Positions 1 to 13,522 of a stretch of DNA of 64,000 nt are shown piece after piece. The stretch is from Paecilomyces variotii. Taxonomy: Eukaryota. A program made the position numbers and the translations under genes. The notes beneath the pieces were generated by a model. The model worked only from the letters and a program-made list of their open reading frames with translations, was not told the origin of the DNA and searched no databases. The first letter of the stretch is position 1; each line of letters begins with the position of its first letter. The stretch is from assembly GCA_004022145.1 (NCBI GenBank), contig RCNU01000008.1; one strand, 5' to 3'.

Positions 1-204
1 TCAACGTTAGCAAAGATACTCATGACATATGCGTAAGACGGTTTTTTAGCTCAACGCGGGGAAGGTGTCGTGTGCACGAAAAAGTCGATCAGATATCGAC
101 TCCTCGCTAAAGACACATGATGGATAATCCCATGCACGACCAAGCTGCATAACAAGCATCGCATCAAGCAGGGAAAGGGAATGTTCCAAGATAGCACCGC
201 ATAC

Positions 205-444
205 CTCGCTCTCTATGGTGCCCGCCTCATCATCGCTGTCGGTGGCGGCAACCATCCCACCTCCAACACCGATGCCTCCATCACTAGTCTGAATACCTCT
301 CCTCTTCGCAAGGTTCTCTTCTCTCTTCTGCTTTCTGATCTCAACCTGTTGCTCCTCACGACGACGACGGAGCTCATCTGGCTTGAACTGGTTTTTAGCC
401 TTGAACTGAGTCCGGCGATGCTCTGGGATGTAACGCTCCGCCAT
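205..444 (-). CDS. kapA: Importin alpha (karyopherin alpha), exon 1 only; the gene continues off the left edge
   Basis: IBB domain [11 protein letters not shown]...[32 protein letters not shown] donor at 204; a branch-site GCTAAC lies near base 1-11 on the minus strand, so the acceptor is outside the window. Confidence 0.95.
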
Positions 445-756
445 GGTTGCTTGTTGCGTGCAGACGGGATAGGTTATCTGTGACTTAGTAGGAAAAGGAA
501 GTTCCCAGGGGACGCAAGCCCAAAGATGGAGGAGAAAATCGGGGAGTGGAAGAAGCAGACAGGATCGAAGGAGGGGAAAAAGTGTTGATGCTTTTCAGGT
601 GGGTTGGGTTCGACGGGGGGTGATTTGCTTTGGGGCTGTTTTCGGCCTGCTCGTAAGCGCCACTCTCCGCCTAAGCGACGTTAGCGCGGGTCGGCTCTAC
701 ACGCGCGACAGCTGTGAATTCACAGATTTGCCTCGGAGATGAATCCTTTTTCGATG

Positions 757-764
757 GCGATGAG
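757..764 (+). promoter_or_regulatory. PAC-like motif GCGATGAG in the importin-alpha/POT1 divergent promoter
   Basis: Exact GCGATGAG match; several CGCG (MCB-like) cores nearby (~700, ~1046). Motif match only. Confidence 0.3.
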
Positions 765-1073
765 ATAAAAGCTGTCGCAAGAGCGACTCTCTTTTTGGCT
801 CGTCTTCGCGCAGCCTCTTCCGCTCCTCGTGCTGTGCCTGGCTCGTAGTTGTGGCCTGAGCTTCTTTCTACTTTTCTCACTAGACTCTGTTCCCTTGGAT
901 ACGGCCACTACGTTTTTTTTATTTTGATTCACTGTGCGTTGTCATTGGCTATAGACTGAGGAGCTTCTTAACGTCAGCCGTTCTTTCGTGGTGACTTAGT
1001 CGTTTTGTTCTCCCTTGATATCCGACTCCTTTCTGGGATTTCCTACGCGGATGCGCGTCGATCAGAAGCGGTC

Positions 1074-3160
1074 ATGCCATCGTCACTGCCACCAAAGTTT
1101 ATTGATGTTGATACGGCCAAAGCAACCCACGGATACATTCATGTCATTGGGGTGGTAGTCGACCTGTTGCCCAAGACGCGCTCGGGCGGCTCGTCTTTCG
1201 TGACGACCTTTACTATTAAAGACTGCGACATCGATGGCAATCCTATGTCTGGACTGAAAATCAAGTACTTCAATGATGACGAGTCTTTACTGCCTGAACT
1301 TCAACTTCACGATGTAATTCTTCTGCGGAATATACGAGTAGGTTTTCATATCTAGTCTTGGCATACTGCTGGTACTGACCATCTGCGTAGATGCGTCTTT
1401 TCAGGGGGAGCCTCCTTGGCGTAGCAGCCCAGCATGACAAGATCCCATGGACAATATTCCGTCGGAAGGTGGCAGGCCAGACAAATGCACTCGTGATTCG
1501 CGGATGTAAGGCCCCGGAACCCTCGCCTGAGGAGAAGGCATACTCTCATGCTCTTCTCAACAGCATTCCTGGGGCAGGAGCCAGTATATCGAGTGCACCA
1601 GATCAGGCATTCAACTATACCAGCACCGTTACAGTATCCGCATCCCGTAGCCAACCACCGCCATCTACACCGCGAGACAAATTCTCCTTGATAAAGGATG
1701 TCAAGGCTCATACCTTCGCTGATCTGGTTGTCGAAGTGGTTAAGACATGGCGCGAGTACGACAAGTTCATCCTCTATGTCACAGACTACACTTCACATGG
1801 AGAACTATACGACTATCCTGACCCCTCAGCCGACGATGGTGATGGAGGCGATTTCATCTCTCGTCGACAGAGAGAATGGAATGGTCCCTTTGGACAGATG
1901 ACTCTACAGGTCACACTTTGGCAACCGCACGCATCTTTCGCACAGAATAATGTTAAGGAAGGCGACATCATTTTCATGAGCAATGTCCATATTAAAAATC
2001 ACCGTGTGAACGGTAATCTGGACGGCAGCATGCATACAAACCGACTACATCCCCACAGAATCAACGTCAGTATTGTAGATCTGGATGATGACGAGCGTGT
2101 CGCGGAACTCGTGAGACGAAAGAAGGAATATTGGCGAAATGCCCGAATCAGTCGGCTTTTCCCAGGCAATAAGAAGAAGAATGATGGGGCGAAAAGTTCC
2201 AAGAAGACTGCAAAGCAGCAAAAAGAAAAACCGAAAAAGGAAGTAAGACGAGAAGAAGGCCAAGTTGAGATCTCAGAATTTTCAGCACCCGCACCTTCTC
2301 AAGTAAAGCGGAACCAACTGAACCCGAACAGTGAGTTACAGAAAGTGCCATCTCCGATATATTCTGTTCCTGACTCCACTGCAGTTCAAGCAGCACATCC
2401 TGCTATCCCTTGCCGGTCGCTAGAAGAGATACTAGACGGCAAAATCCATCTCAATAACGCCCCTGGAGGCTATGAGTATCGCCTTCCTTTTCAAAATATC
2501 AATTATAGAGCCGTTGTCCGTGTGGTCGACTTCTATCCGCCTAGATTAGAGGATTTTGCCGTTTCTTACAATCCTGAAGATGATATTCTCTCCGAATCAG
2601 GGACTAGCAGTGAAGACAGCGAAGGAGACGCAGTCATGACTAGCGGTTATTCGCGCCGTCGGCGCATCTGGGAGTGGCGTTTCTGCCTGCTCGTAGAGGA
2701 TGGCAAGCCCGTTCCTCGTGGGCAGCCCAAGGAGAGAATGAAACTGTATGTCTCCGGGAAAGATGCAGAATATCTGTTGAAAATAGACGCTACCGAGTAA
2801 GTGTTTCACCTTCACGCCAGCCATCTCAAATCTATATCTTGGACAGGACTGACTCAATGTCTTTCCGTTAGCCTGAGGAAGAATGAAACCCGACTGGATG
2901 AGCTTCGAGAGAAGCTCTTTCACCTCTGGGCAGATCTAGAGGAGAAGAAAAGAGCCCTCCCCAATGGGAGCCTAGACCCTCAGAGTCTAGAAAATCCTTC
3001 TGGAAAGCCATTCATATGCTGTATCAAAGAATATGGCATCAGAAGCAGAGAAGAACATAATTCGGATGCAATGAGTGACGACGAGGACAGCGCTGGTCGT
3101 GTGGATCCCCTCGCTTGGGAGAGGAGATTCCACATGTTTGGCACGACAATTAATGCTTGA
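1074..3160 (+). CDS. POT1: Telomere single-strand end-binding protein Pot1 (OB folds); 4 exons (introns 1338-1390, 2331-2384, 2797-2871)
   Basis: OB1 HVIGVVVD...TFTIKD...DVILLRNIR; OB2 FADLVVEVVK...LYVTDYT...GPFGQMTLQVTLWQPHA; OB3 YRAVVRVVDFYPPRLEDFA...WEWRFCLLVED; C-terminal PFICCIKEYG...WERRFHMFGT. Canonical splice sites keep the frame. Confidence 0.9.
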
Positions 3161-3777
3161 AGCCATTTCATGTAGACTTTTTTGGCGAGAGTCTCGCTCT
3201 CTGATAGTATTTCCTTCGGATTCTGGGGGCGTTATTATTGGCTATGGATTCAGGATGGCAGGTTGGTTTCTTTTCCTCTTCAGCGACTGGACTTATATAC
3301 CCATGTGGATAGCATCTCAGAAATCTATATTTGATAATCCTATGTTATGGTTACTGCATATTAAACAAACATTCTCAAAGATAAGAATCTACCAAGATGC
3401 TTCTGTGCTGAGTACCCGGTGTGTAGACCTAAAAACGACACAAATATACAAATATGTTATGTACTTCGCTCAGAGCAGAGGGCAAAAACAGACTCATGTA
3501 AACGATATTGTAAACGATATGTAGGATGGGTCTTTGATGGTAGCTACGCCATATGTTGCATTCCAGAGTTGTGCATAACATGCCTCCCATGCCAGTATGG
3601 AGTGAGAAGTATGAACTTGCAGACAGGTCTGCTCCGTCTCCCAATTATTGTTTATACATTTTTTTCAGGAGACAGCCGATATCGTGTAATAATTTTGAGA
3701 AAGGCAAAAATCCAAACAGGTTGTGGTGCACAGAAATTATTGGCGCTCTCGGTCCAAGTACCAGTAAGCGCCGTAGT

Positions 3778-5382
3778 TCAGACCTTCGTGACACGGACAA
3801 CTTGGGTGTCAATTCCATGTGCCGAAGTGTCAAAACGACAGTTAGAGCCCCAAAAGCACTCCTTCTTGCCTACTTCGCTTTGCGGGCAACGATGGCCGTA
3901 GATGCATTTTGGGTCATCACAATCCGGTCCATAATGACAAGGGGTCATACGAGCAATAGCCTGTAGGATGACCCGTTCACTCTTGGTCAACTTGTGAGTA
4001 TGATCGTGGTAACAATTCTCATCATTCGGGCATTCGCCCAGGAGAAAATGGACGTTGCACAGCTTCATCTTTTTGACACGGTTCAATTCCTCTTTGGGAA
4101 TGTTTTTCAAATCTAGACGGTCGATTCGCTGGCCATATTTATTTCTTTCGACTGTCGGCACTGGAGTAGATGGTTTGGAAGCGGAAATCTTGACATCTCC
4201 AGGTGTAGCAGAGATGGAAGCCCAGGAAGTTGTAGCAGTAGCGCTGGAAGACGTGGTGTTCGTAGATGTCCGTGTGAGTGTCGTTGCTGGTGGATTAGGC
4301 GAGCGGACCGCCAGTGGAGCGGACAATGTTGTGCCTTTCAAATTCGTCGCATGTGTGACTATCTTAGAGGTTCTGAATAAGTCGGCGAATTTGGTCACTC
4401 TGTAAGAAGACTTGATGGATTCTAGTTCCCTCTCGAACGGAGCTCCTTCAATGAGCGATATACGTCCGGTAAGCTCCCTGTCTGCCAACGTTTCCTCTAG
4501 TAGCCGTGCATATCCGTTATCGTGCGAGCAACCCAGGAAGATCTGGTGGCAGTGGCAATTGTATAAATGAAGCTTAAAATTCTCTATTACGAAAAGCATT
4601 AGTACAATCCCCCCCGTCTAACTCATTTGATGGCGGGGCACAATATTGGCAAGGGAAGCGCCCAGGGTTCAGAATGGAACAGCAAAACTTACCTGCAAGC
4701 TTATCGTCTGCCCTATCCTTGCCAGTTCCAACATCGACAAAGTCGAAAAGGAGTCTGCTGCCGTTGAATCCACGCACAAAATCCTGGAACACAGAAGCCT
4801 TTTCAATAATCCCTGCCTTGACACATGTCTCAGCAAGTCCCTGCACATTGGCGAATATTCTCGTGATTATCTTTGGTGACGAGATCGATGGAAGGTTTCG
4901 GGTAACATAATCGCGGAGGCAAGCCCATAACTGGTTTGCAGCATCTCTCCCGCCTTGTTCTCCTTGCTGAAGGAGATAATCTTGGAAAATCATGCCATCT
5001 CCATCAAGGAACGCAATGACAAAGGCTTCACGGTCCTACGTATGAAAGCTCAATCAGCAATTGCAAGACGCCTTACCAGTGGAAACGAACATACCATAAT
5101 GGTTTTGATTCTAGTTATCTGGTCCATCAATTCCATCTCATGGATCTGTATATCACGGTTGAAACGAGTTTCCCGCTGATGGTCCAGCTTCTCTTGTTGG
5201 TAGGCTTCCTCTAACTCGCTTACACGTTGGAGGAGATCCTATTGGAGACGAATGGATTAGATTCGCAGGAGGGAGATGGAGGTGACGGATTATACCTCTA
5301 TTAATTGATTTTTGGTGTGTTCTATAGTTTTCACTTGCTCATAGCGCTCAAAGAGCACTTGGGTACTCGCTGTGGACATCAT
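3778..5382 (-). CDS. Fungal tandem CCCH zinc-finger protein with an N-terminal LDGDGMIF conserved domain; 4 exons
   Basis: C-terminal CNVHFLLGECPNDENCYHDH, CHYGPDCDDPKCIYGH and CFWGSNCRF. Upstream exons joined through GTATAA, GTATGT and GTAAGT donors with CTRAY branch sites; ATG at 5382. Confidence 0.8.
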
Positions 5383-5766
5383 ATTGAGCGTTCTCGCAAA
5401 TTTTTCTGGGTAGGGTTGCGAAGGGATCAGTTGCAGAGAGCACTCGGAAGCTCTTTAAATAAAGCGCGGAGCCTTTGGATAGGTTCAAAAAGGCCAGCAC
5501 AGTCCTCGTAAACTGCTGTTGCTTTGAAACAGCGGGAGAGAGAAGGATTCACTTCTTCGCATAAATGCAATAAAGAAGGCGCTTCAGCGCCAACGGATGG
5601 ATGCTGAGTCAGCTGGCGCCGTGGGCGCGATCTCCAGGCAATGGACGGAGAAGCCAACGTGGAGAAAATAGGCCAGATCTTCCTCCCATCCACCCTTCCT
5701 CTGCTTCTTGGACCCTCTTGTTCCCTTCCTTGCCCCAATTGGTTTTCTGAACTGGTTATAGCTACA

Positions 5767-6691
5767 ATGGGTCGCTTTGGTCTTTTCCCTCTTGCCTTGC
5801 TCTCCCTACAGGCATTCTGTGGAGGTGCTTTCGCAGCGGTGGTATGTTTGTTGCGATCCTTTGGTAGCTTCTTTTGGTTCAGTCACTCACGCGACATCTG
5901 CGGCATCTAGGAAGCTGAGAAAGTCGAAAACCCCACGGAGACTCCTAAGCTGTCTGTCTCAGTCCAGGCTGCTTTTCCTGCTTCTGAGATTTTCGGAATC
6001 AAGTTGGTCAATGGCCATCCAACTCAAGCACTGCTCACATTCAGCAATGACGAACCCGCTCCTGTTACTGTGAGCTTCGTCGGCGGTAGTCTGTGGACTC
6101 TTGATGAGCAGAGCAGCATTGTTCGCAACGTCACCACTACGAGGTACAATGTGGAGATCCCTGCGGGAGAGAAGGAGAGTCTCAGCTACAGCTTCGTGAC
6201 CGACTTGCACCCCCAAGATCTGAGACTTAACATTGCCTCAATTTTGAGCGACAGTGAAGGCAGGTATTATACTGTTCAAGCCTTCAATGGTACTGTCAGC
6301 GTTGTGGAGCCGGACACCAGCATCTTTGACCCGCAGATGTAAGATACTATCCTGCGCTCTATATTCCCTGTCGGGGTCGTTGCTGATTTCTTCGAATAGT
6401 ATCTTCCTCTACTTCTTCTTGCTTACATCCTTCGGTGGTATCGTTTACTTTTTCTACGTCACTTGGATCGCCCCGTACTTCCCCCAGAAGCGTCGCGCAG
6501 GAAAGGGAGGCGAGGGAGCCAAGAAGTCTGGTGCGGCAAAGAGGGTGGACGAGCAGGGTTCTGCTTCTGGATCCGATGTCCCAGTGACTTCTGCGACGAC
6601 ATACAATGCTGAGTGGATTCCGTCCCACCATATCAACAAGCCCGAGGCCAGGAAGGTCAAGGGCACAGGCCGTTCCAAGAGCCGTGCTTAG
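5767..6691 (+). CDS. Translocon-associated protein alpha-like (TRAP-alpha/Irc22-like) ER membrane protein; 3 exons
   Basis: Signal peptide MGRFGLFPLALLSL; luminal FPASEIFGIKLVNG...AFNGTVSVVEPDTSIFDPQ; TM segment IFLYFFLLTSFGGIVYFFY; tail YNAEWIPSHH. Introns 5842-5910 and ~6339-6399. Confidence 0.8.
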
Positions 6692-7046
6692 TCGTTTCAA
6701 CGGCCATGGAGTTCACGCCGGGTTTCAAGTGACCAGTCCTTTCCTTGGAGACCGTAAATGTTGGTGATTTTGGGTGACTTTGGGCATCTTTCAGAGTAGG
6801 GTTCCAGTGATAGCTGGCCTGGGTGGACCAGTGCTGAATGCGGTCAGGCAAAAGCATTGTTCCCTTTTGGGTGGGAACTGTATATGTACAATGTTGTATT
6901 TTATCTGTCTCATCCTAGATATATGACAAGTGCCTCTTGTATTTGAACAGAGGCCTTTCTTAATGATAAGGGTACAAGCGAGCTGGCGGCCAGTACCTTG
7001 CAATGACATGCTTATTACCACATGGTGCTCAGAGCACGAAACTGCA

Positions 7047-7955
7047 TTATATCCGTTTCCATTCCTCATACTCTTGGTCAAGGTGTCTTTTCAACTCCGT
7101 GAACCTGTTGCCAAAGTTCTTCTTACATCGCCAGCATACATAATCACGCTTTAGGTACCCTTCTCTTCCAGGGTGCCTCCTTACATCATCCTTCGCAAGC
7201 GGAAAGTCATTTATATCAATGAAAAAGGGGGTAGAAAAGCTGTTATAGTGCTTCTTGTGTTTCAGGCACTCACTATGCCGATCCACTGACAGAACGTGGA
7301 TATGTAAGTGATTCATGGACGGGTGCGCATGGATTCCCGACATGATCTCCGCTTCCCAGTTCCTCCCTGGCGGCAGCTCTTCTGGTGGTGGGTCGGCGTC
7401 CATGGCCTCTTGTCTTGCCTTTTCCAGTCTCGATTCTTTCCCATATTTTCTCCGCAACTCACCGGCGGCAAGGGTGCGAAGTTTCTTCACTTCCACTTTA
7501 ACCTTTTCCAGGAATTCTCGATCTTCAAAGGCTTCAAATGGATGCAAGCGAAATTTCGAGGGATCGCGTGGAAGCAAGAGGAGGTGGAGAGAGGATTTGG
7601 GATAACGATCATGAAGCGCGACAAAGTCGTCGTCGTAGTAGACCACAGTGGAAGAGGGATAGGATTCAGGCTTCGAGATATAGGCACCTAGTGCATCACG
7701 AACTCTGAATTCTGAAGGATGCTTAGCTGCGTGTTTTGGTTTATCTTCCTGGGCATGCTTCTGATGCTTGTTTTTTGGTGACATGAGCTCCGAGACTAGT
7801 CAAATATGTCAGTGGACAACTGCATGTACAAGTAAAAGAATGCAATAATTACAAGCATTTCTTTTCTGTGGCCTTTGCTCCGTTTGCTCTGCTGCAATGG
7901 GTTCTTCCTTCTCTGGTACTTCAGCGTCTGATGCATCAGAGGATGCGTCCGTCAT
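7047..7955 (-). CDS. HNT3: Aprataxin-like HIT hydrolase with C2HE zinc finger; 2 exons
   Basis: DRYPKSSLHLLLLP, GIHAHPSMNHLHIHV (HIT motif), KHYNSFSTPFF, CWRCKKNFGNRFTELKRHLDQE. Exon 1 from ATG 7955 splices to give KRNAFSELMSPK. Confidence 0.92.
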
Positions 7956-8345
7956 GGTCGTCAATATAGAAAGCAACAGCTATGAAAAGAGTACACAGGC
8001 TGTTGTGGTTTATAAGGACAATAACAGCTTTCTTCAAAAAATGTGGTAACCAGCTATCATGCTAGTTGAATGAGAGCCGTTTCCTCCGTCCTGGGAATAG
8101 GATCGATCATGATATCGATGCGGATAAATAACATGCTTCTCCATACTGAACGCACGGATCACCTGTAGCTCCGCGTGCAGCCCTATGTCAGTCCCGTTAT
8201 GGTCTAGCGCCGGGCAGCGGCCAAAGAGCCGGGGCATGACATTATTATTTAAATATTCGCCGATGAGGTCGTTATTATTATTGAGATTGGGTAGCTCTAT
8301 TTAATAGCTCCTCCACGGGTGTCACATACTATTGCCGCCACCAAA

Positions 8346-11300
8346 ATGGGTCCCAAAAAGAAGGCTGGCGCCCGTGGAGAACCGAAGCCGGGCACGAAGC
8401 AGGCAAAAGCCGCCGCCGAAAAGGCAGCGGAGAGTGCGAAGACTCAGAATGCAGGCGAAGAAGCAAAGAAACCGACGGTGAAGCAGATGATCGGTGGGGC
8501 GTCTTGGACGGGGAAGCTCCCTGTAAATATGCTGTCTGAGCACTGTCAAAAGCAGAAATGGGAGAAGCCAGAATACACAATGGTCAGATCTACTGTTTTG
8601 TCGTTGAGCGCGGGTAGCGATGCATGCTGACCACGAGTCTCCAACAGAACAAAACCCAGGATGGGTTTGTCTCCGCTGTAATCTTGAAAAAGGTCGATCC
8701 TAAAACGAAGGAGCTCACCACACTACCTCCCATGAAGCTACCCCCCTCTCACAAGCATCTGGCACCTCAAACAACTGCACTCGAAGCTCGCCATTTCGCC
8801 GCCGCATATGCCCTGTTCCGAGTGTGCAACATGCGCAACTTACATATGATGATGCCTCCGGCATACAAAAAACTTTGGAAAGAAGATTTTATGGATATAA
8901 AAAATGCAGATGTCAAAGAAGGAAAGGGTTGGATGTATGAGGCAGACCCATTCTTGGCGAAGCAGGAACGAGAAGCGGCTGCTGCCGAGTTCGAGAAGAA
9001 AAAGCAAGAGCGAGAAAAAGCGAAAGTGAACGCGAACGATAACCTAGTCGACCTGGGGCTTGGTGGCAATGGTAGCACTCAAAAAGGAGGAAAGATTTGG
9101 TCGCAAGCGCCTAAAGTTGAAATGGGAAGTAGGATACGCCAACGGATCGAGGAGTTGCTCAGACAGCATACACATTGGAACCCTTACGGAGTGCAGATAC
9201 CTCCTGTCCAACGAAAAGCCATTATCGAGGAGTTCACCCGGCTAGGCTTCCGCCACAGCCATGTTGAAGAAGCAGTAGCGGAGTGCAAGGATCGAGAGGA
9301 GGTTCTAGAGTGGCTGTTAATATACGTCCCCGAAGACGACCTTCCACGCTGGAGTCTTCCAGAGCAATATTCAGCTGGTATCAGCCTCGCTAGCAGTGAT
9401 CTGGCCCGTGAGTCCAAGATCAAAAGGCTTGCTGCGACCGGATATCCCACCGAGCTTTGCAGCGAAGCCCTGGACCTTAAAGGTGGCAATGAACAAGTAG
9501 CAGCAGAGTACATGCAGAGCATGCTTGTTCATGGGAAAGAGATACAACAACATGGTGACTCGACTGAGGATGATCAATCCTGGTTAGAAGAACAGTCTAC
9601 CTTGGAGGCCATTTTCGGTGACGACTATAAGCGGTTGTCGAATGTAGCCTGTGAGATCAAGAGAAACGTGCCGGGCTTACCGGATACAGTAACATTTAAG
9701 TTCCAGAAGCCATCTAAGGGCTATCCTTTCTCGCCTCCAATCGTGTCGATCTCAGCCAAAGGCATCCCAGCATACATTCGTCTAAGCGCCATCCGTCAAG
9801 TCGTGAAGCACACCGAGGATGAACTTTTGGGACAGCCTATGATGTTTAACATGATAGATTGGTTGGAAGTCAACCTACCTTCTATTTTAGAAAACCCAGG
9901 GAAACTACGGGATATATCAGCTGTTGCGTCTTCTTCTTCACCTACGAAAGCCGTCACGCAGTTTCCACTACGACAAGCAAACAAGCAGTCGAAGGGCATT
10001 GACTGGAGTCCCAGCTCACCGCAGAGCCTCTCCGTTCGAGATTCTTGGCAGAAGAAACAACAAAATCCAGCTCATCAGGAGATGACCCGCAAGAGACAAT
10101 CGCTGCCGGCATGGAATATGCAGGAGGCCATCGTTAAAGCCGTCAATACCCACCAGGTGACGATTATATCAGGTGAGACAGGAAGTGGAAAGAGCACTCA
10201 GTCCGTGCAGTTTGTGTTGGACGACATGATCAAAAATGGATACGGAGGTATTGCCAATATCATCTGTACTCAGCCTAGAAGGATATCTGCACTTGGCCTT
10301 GCGGATCGTGTCAGCGACGAGCGATGTTCTTCTGTCGGTGATGAGGTCGGATACATCATCCGTGGAGATTCGAAAATCAAGCGTGGCTCGACAAAAATAA
10401 CCTTTGTTACAACCGGTGTGCTGCTTCGTCGCATGCAAACAGGCGGTGGCCCAGATGGAGATGTTGCCAGTTCTTTAGCCGATGTCACTCATGTCGTTGT
10501 GGACGAAGTCCACGAGCGCAGTCTCGATACTGACTTCCTTCTCGCTCTTTTGAGGGAGGCTTTGAAGCATCGTAAAGACCTGAAGGTCATCCTGATGAGT
10601 GCTACCTTGGATGCAGAGGTCTTTGCTCGCTACTTTGGTGGCCATGATCGTGTGGGTCAAGTCACTATTCCGGGAAGAACATTCCCAGTCGAAGACTACT
10701 ATCTTGATGATGTGCTCCGTCAAACAGGCTTCGCTCCAGAGTACTCTCAGAAGACCAGAGAGGATGCCGACTTTGATGACGCCCCTCCTGAGGAGTCGAT
10801 GGGCAAGATTCTTCGTGGACTAGGGATGGGTATCAATTACGACCTGATCGCTGCTACTGTCCGTCAGATCGACTCAGAACTCGGCGATCAACCTGGAGGA
10901 ATCTTGATTTTCTTGCCTGGAACATTGGAGATTGACCGGTGTCTTGCTGCAGTGAAGAGGATTCCAAACATACATGCACTTCCGTTGCATGCATCCCTAC
11001 TCCCGAATGAGCAGAAGCGCGTATTCCTAGCTCCTCCTAAAGGCAAGAGGAAAGTTATTGCCGCCACAAATGTAGCCGAAACTTCTATTACCATTGAAGA
11101 TATCGTTGCAGTCATTGACAGCGGGCGAGTGAAAGAGACGAGCTATGATCCGAAAGACAACATGGTCAGGTTGCAGGAAGTCTGGGCATCGCAGGCTGCC
11201 TGTAAACAGAGGCGCGGTCGTGCTGGTCGAGTAAGAGCTGGAAAATGCTACAAGCTCTATACCAGGAACGCGGAGTCGCAAATGGCTCCCAGGCCCGATC

Positions 11301-12542
11301 CTGAGATTCGACGAGTGCCGCTAGAACAGCTTGCTTTGTCAGTCAAGGCCATGAGAGGTGTTGACGATGTGTCGAAATTCCTTGCCAATACAATCACACC
11401 CCCGGAAAGTGTGGCCGTGGAAGGGGCTCTGGATCTGTTGCATCGTATTGGAGCTCTTGACAATCAGAGGTTGACTGCCTTGGGTCGCTATTTGTCCATG
11501 ATTCCTGCTGATCTGCGATGCGCGAAACTCATGGTATATGGATCTGTATTCGGCTGTATGGATGCCTGCATCACGATCGCCTCGATTCTAACCGTGAAGA
11601 GCCCTTTCGTCTCCCCTCGTGAAAATCGCGATGAGGCAAATGCTGCGAGAGCCAGCTTCTCGAGGGGAGACGGTGACCTTCTCACCGATCTTGCAGCGTA
11701 TGAAGAGTGGTCTGAACGGGTAAGGGCTGAAGGGTACTGGCAGACCCAATCGTGGTGCGCTGCCAACTTCCTTTCCCATCAGACTCTTCGCGATATCTCA
11801 TCCAACCGCTCGCAGTTCCTGAGTTCGCTGAAAGACGTGGGCATTCTACCTGTAGACTATAAAGAATCCGAGAATTCATCATCTCCTTCAGTCTCTCGCT
11901 GGAATCGGAATGGCCGCAACACAAAAATTCTGCGGGCGCTCATTGCGGGAGCTTTCAATCCGCAAATCGCCCAGATCAGTTTTCCGGACAAAAAGTTCGC
12001 TGCATCAGTAAGCGGTACAGTCGAACTTGATCCAGAGGCACGAACAATAAAATACTTCAATCAAGAGAACGGGCGTGTCTTTATTCATCCCAGCTCAGTC
12101 CTCTTCTCTGCTCAGAACTACTCAGGCGCCGCTGCGTATCTCAGTTATTTCGCGAAGATGGCAACGAGCAAGGTCTTCATTCGCGACTTAACCCGTAAGC
12201 GATCTCTGTCCCTTTCTTCTGATATTTCATATTTCTATGAATCGTTAAGAGCTAACTATCCCTTCCATAGCCTTCAACGCCTACTCCCTTCTTCTCTTTT
12301 CTGGTCCTATAACACTAGATACCACGGGCCGCGGTTTGATTGTCGATGGCTGGTTGCGTCTCCGCGGGTGGGCACGAATAGGAGTTCTCGTCTCAAGGCT
12401 GCGCATGATGTTGGATGATATCCTGGCAACAAGGATTGACAACCCTGCGCTGGGTCCAGCAGTTGATGAGGTTCAGGACCATGGGGAGGTTGTCATAAAC
12501 ATCGTCAAGAAACTCGTCGAATTCAACGGCCTCGATCAGTAA
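8346..12542 (+). CDS. DEAH-box RNA helicase, DHX57/Ucp12-like (dsRBD-like N-terminus, UBA/RWD region, HA2/OB); 3 exons
   Basis: GETGSGKST, CTQPRRISA, DEVHER, MSAT, ATNVAETSITI, QRRGRAGR. Introns ~8583-8647 and ~12195-12270; last exon PFNAYSLLLF...IVDGWLRLRGW. Confidence 0.93.
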
Positions 12543-13177
12543 CTGAAGTCAGAAGCTGTTCGTGAATCACCTATCATGCTTCTTAATCGTCACAGTTATC
12601 TAGTTTGTCTCCTTCTACAATACCCATGCGGCGATGTTAGAACAGATAGAAAGGGAAAGAACATTGCATATGTAGATATCTCTCTCACGGCACTGGATAT
12701 ATAGAGCAAATGGCAAATAAGCATGGTGCGTATACGCAGCGATTTACCTAATGGACATTCTGAAGGATCCTATAGCACGGGAATAGGAGAAAGAATCACC
12801 TTATTCCACGCATTTCCAGATCCTAAAATCATAAAGGGACCGGCATTCTCGTGAGCGGGATGTAGTCGGCAAAAATACATACCATCATACACCGGATTCG
12901 CTGAATAGCACCACCACCGAAGTATCTCCATAGCCATAGTTGAATGGAACGAAATGGATAACTTCACCAATCCCTACGACAATTCCGCCTTGTTCCCAGT
13001 TAGGCCAGAAACATATTCCCCTCCTCTCTTATTCCCATCTGGTCCAGGGGCAAATCACTCCCAATATGAATATAAATGGTCTTTCCTAGAATGGTATTTC
13101 ATCTACCTCCTCGTTTTCATTCCGTATAATAGGACTTCAAAATCTATAGAGCTAGGTTATACTCATTCTGCACCCAC

Positions 13178-13513
13178 ATGGTGGTGCTGTCGCTTAGCAG
13201 AAAGAACTTGAAACTTTTCAAGGGCTATTTCATTCATGCAATGTTTCTGCGCCGAGTTGAAATGTGTTTTCCGCCAGTGACATTGAAGTCGTTTCCACCT
13301 AATGCCGGTCCTTTACGAGACGAAATCGGCAACCAGACAAGACATGATTTTCTACCAATGGAACTACAATATGCTTGTCGGTATTGGACCTATCATCTCC
13401 AGGAGTATAACATTCGAGATATAGAAGATATACAACGCGTATTTAAAGCACCCGCATCATATGCTCCTTCTTCAGAGCTATGTTTGCAGATATCCTGGAC
13501 TCAAAAAGAATGA
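13178..13513 (+). pseudogene. Fragment of a NACHT-type (NLR-like) gene
   Basis: EI...HDFLPMELQYACRYWTYHLQE resembles the conserved post-NACHT segment of fungal NACHT-WD/Ank proteins. No P-loop or repeat domain is present; short isolated ORF. Confidence 0.55.
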
Positions 13514-13522
13514 GCAATGAGG

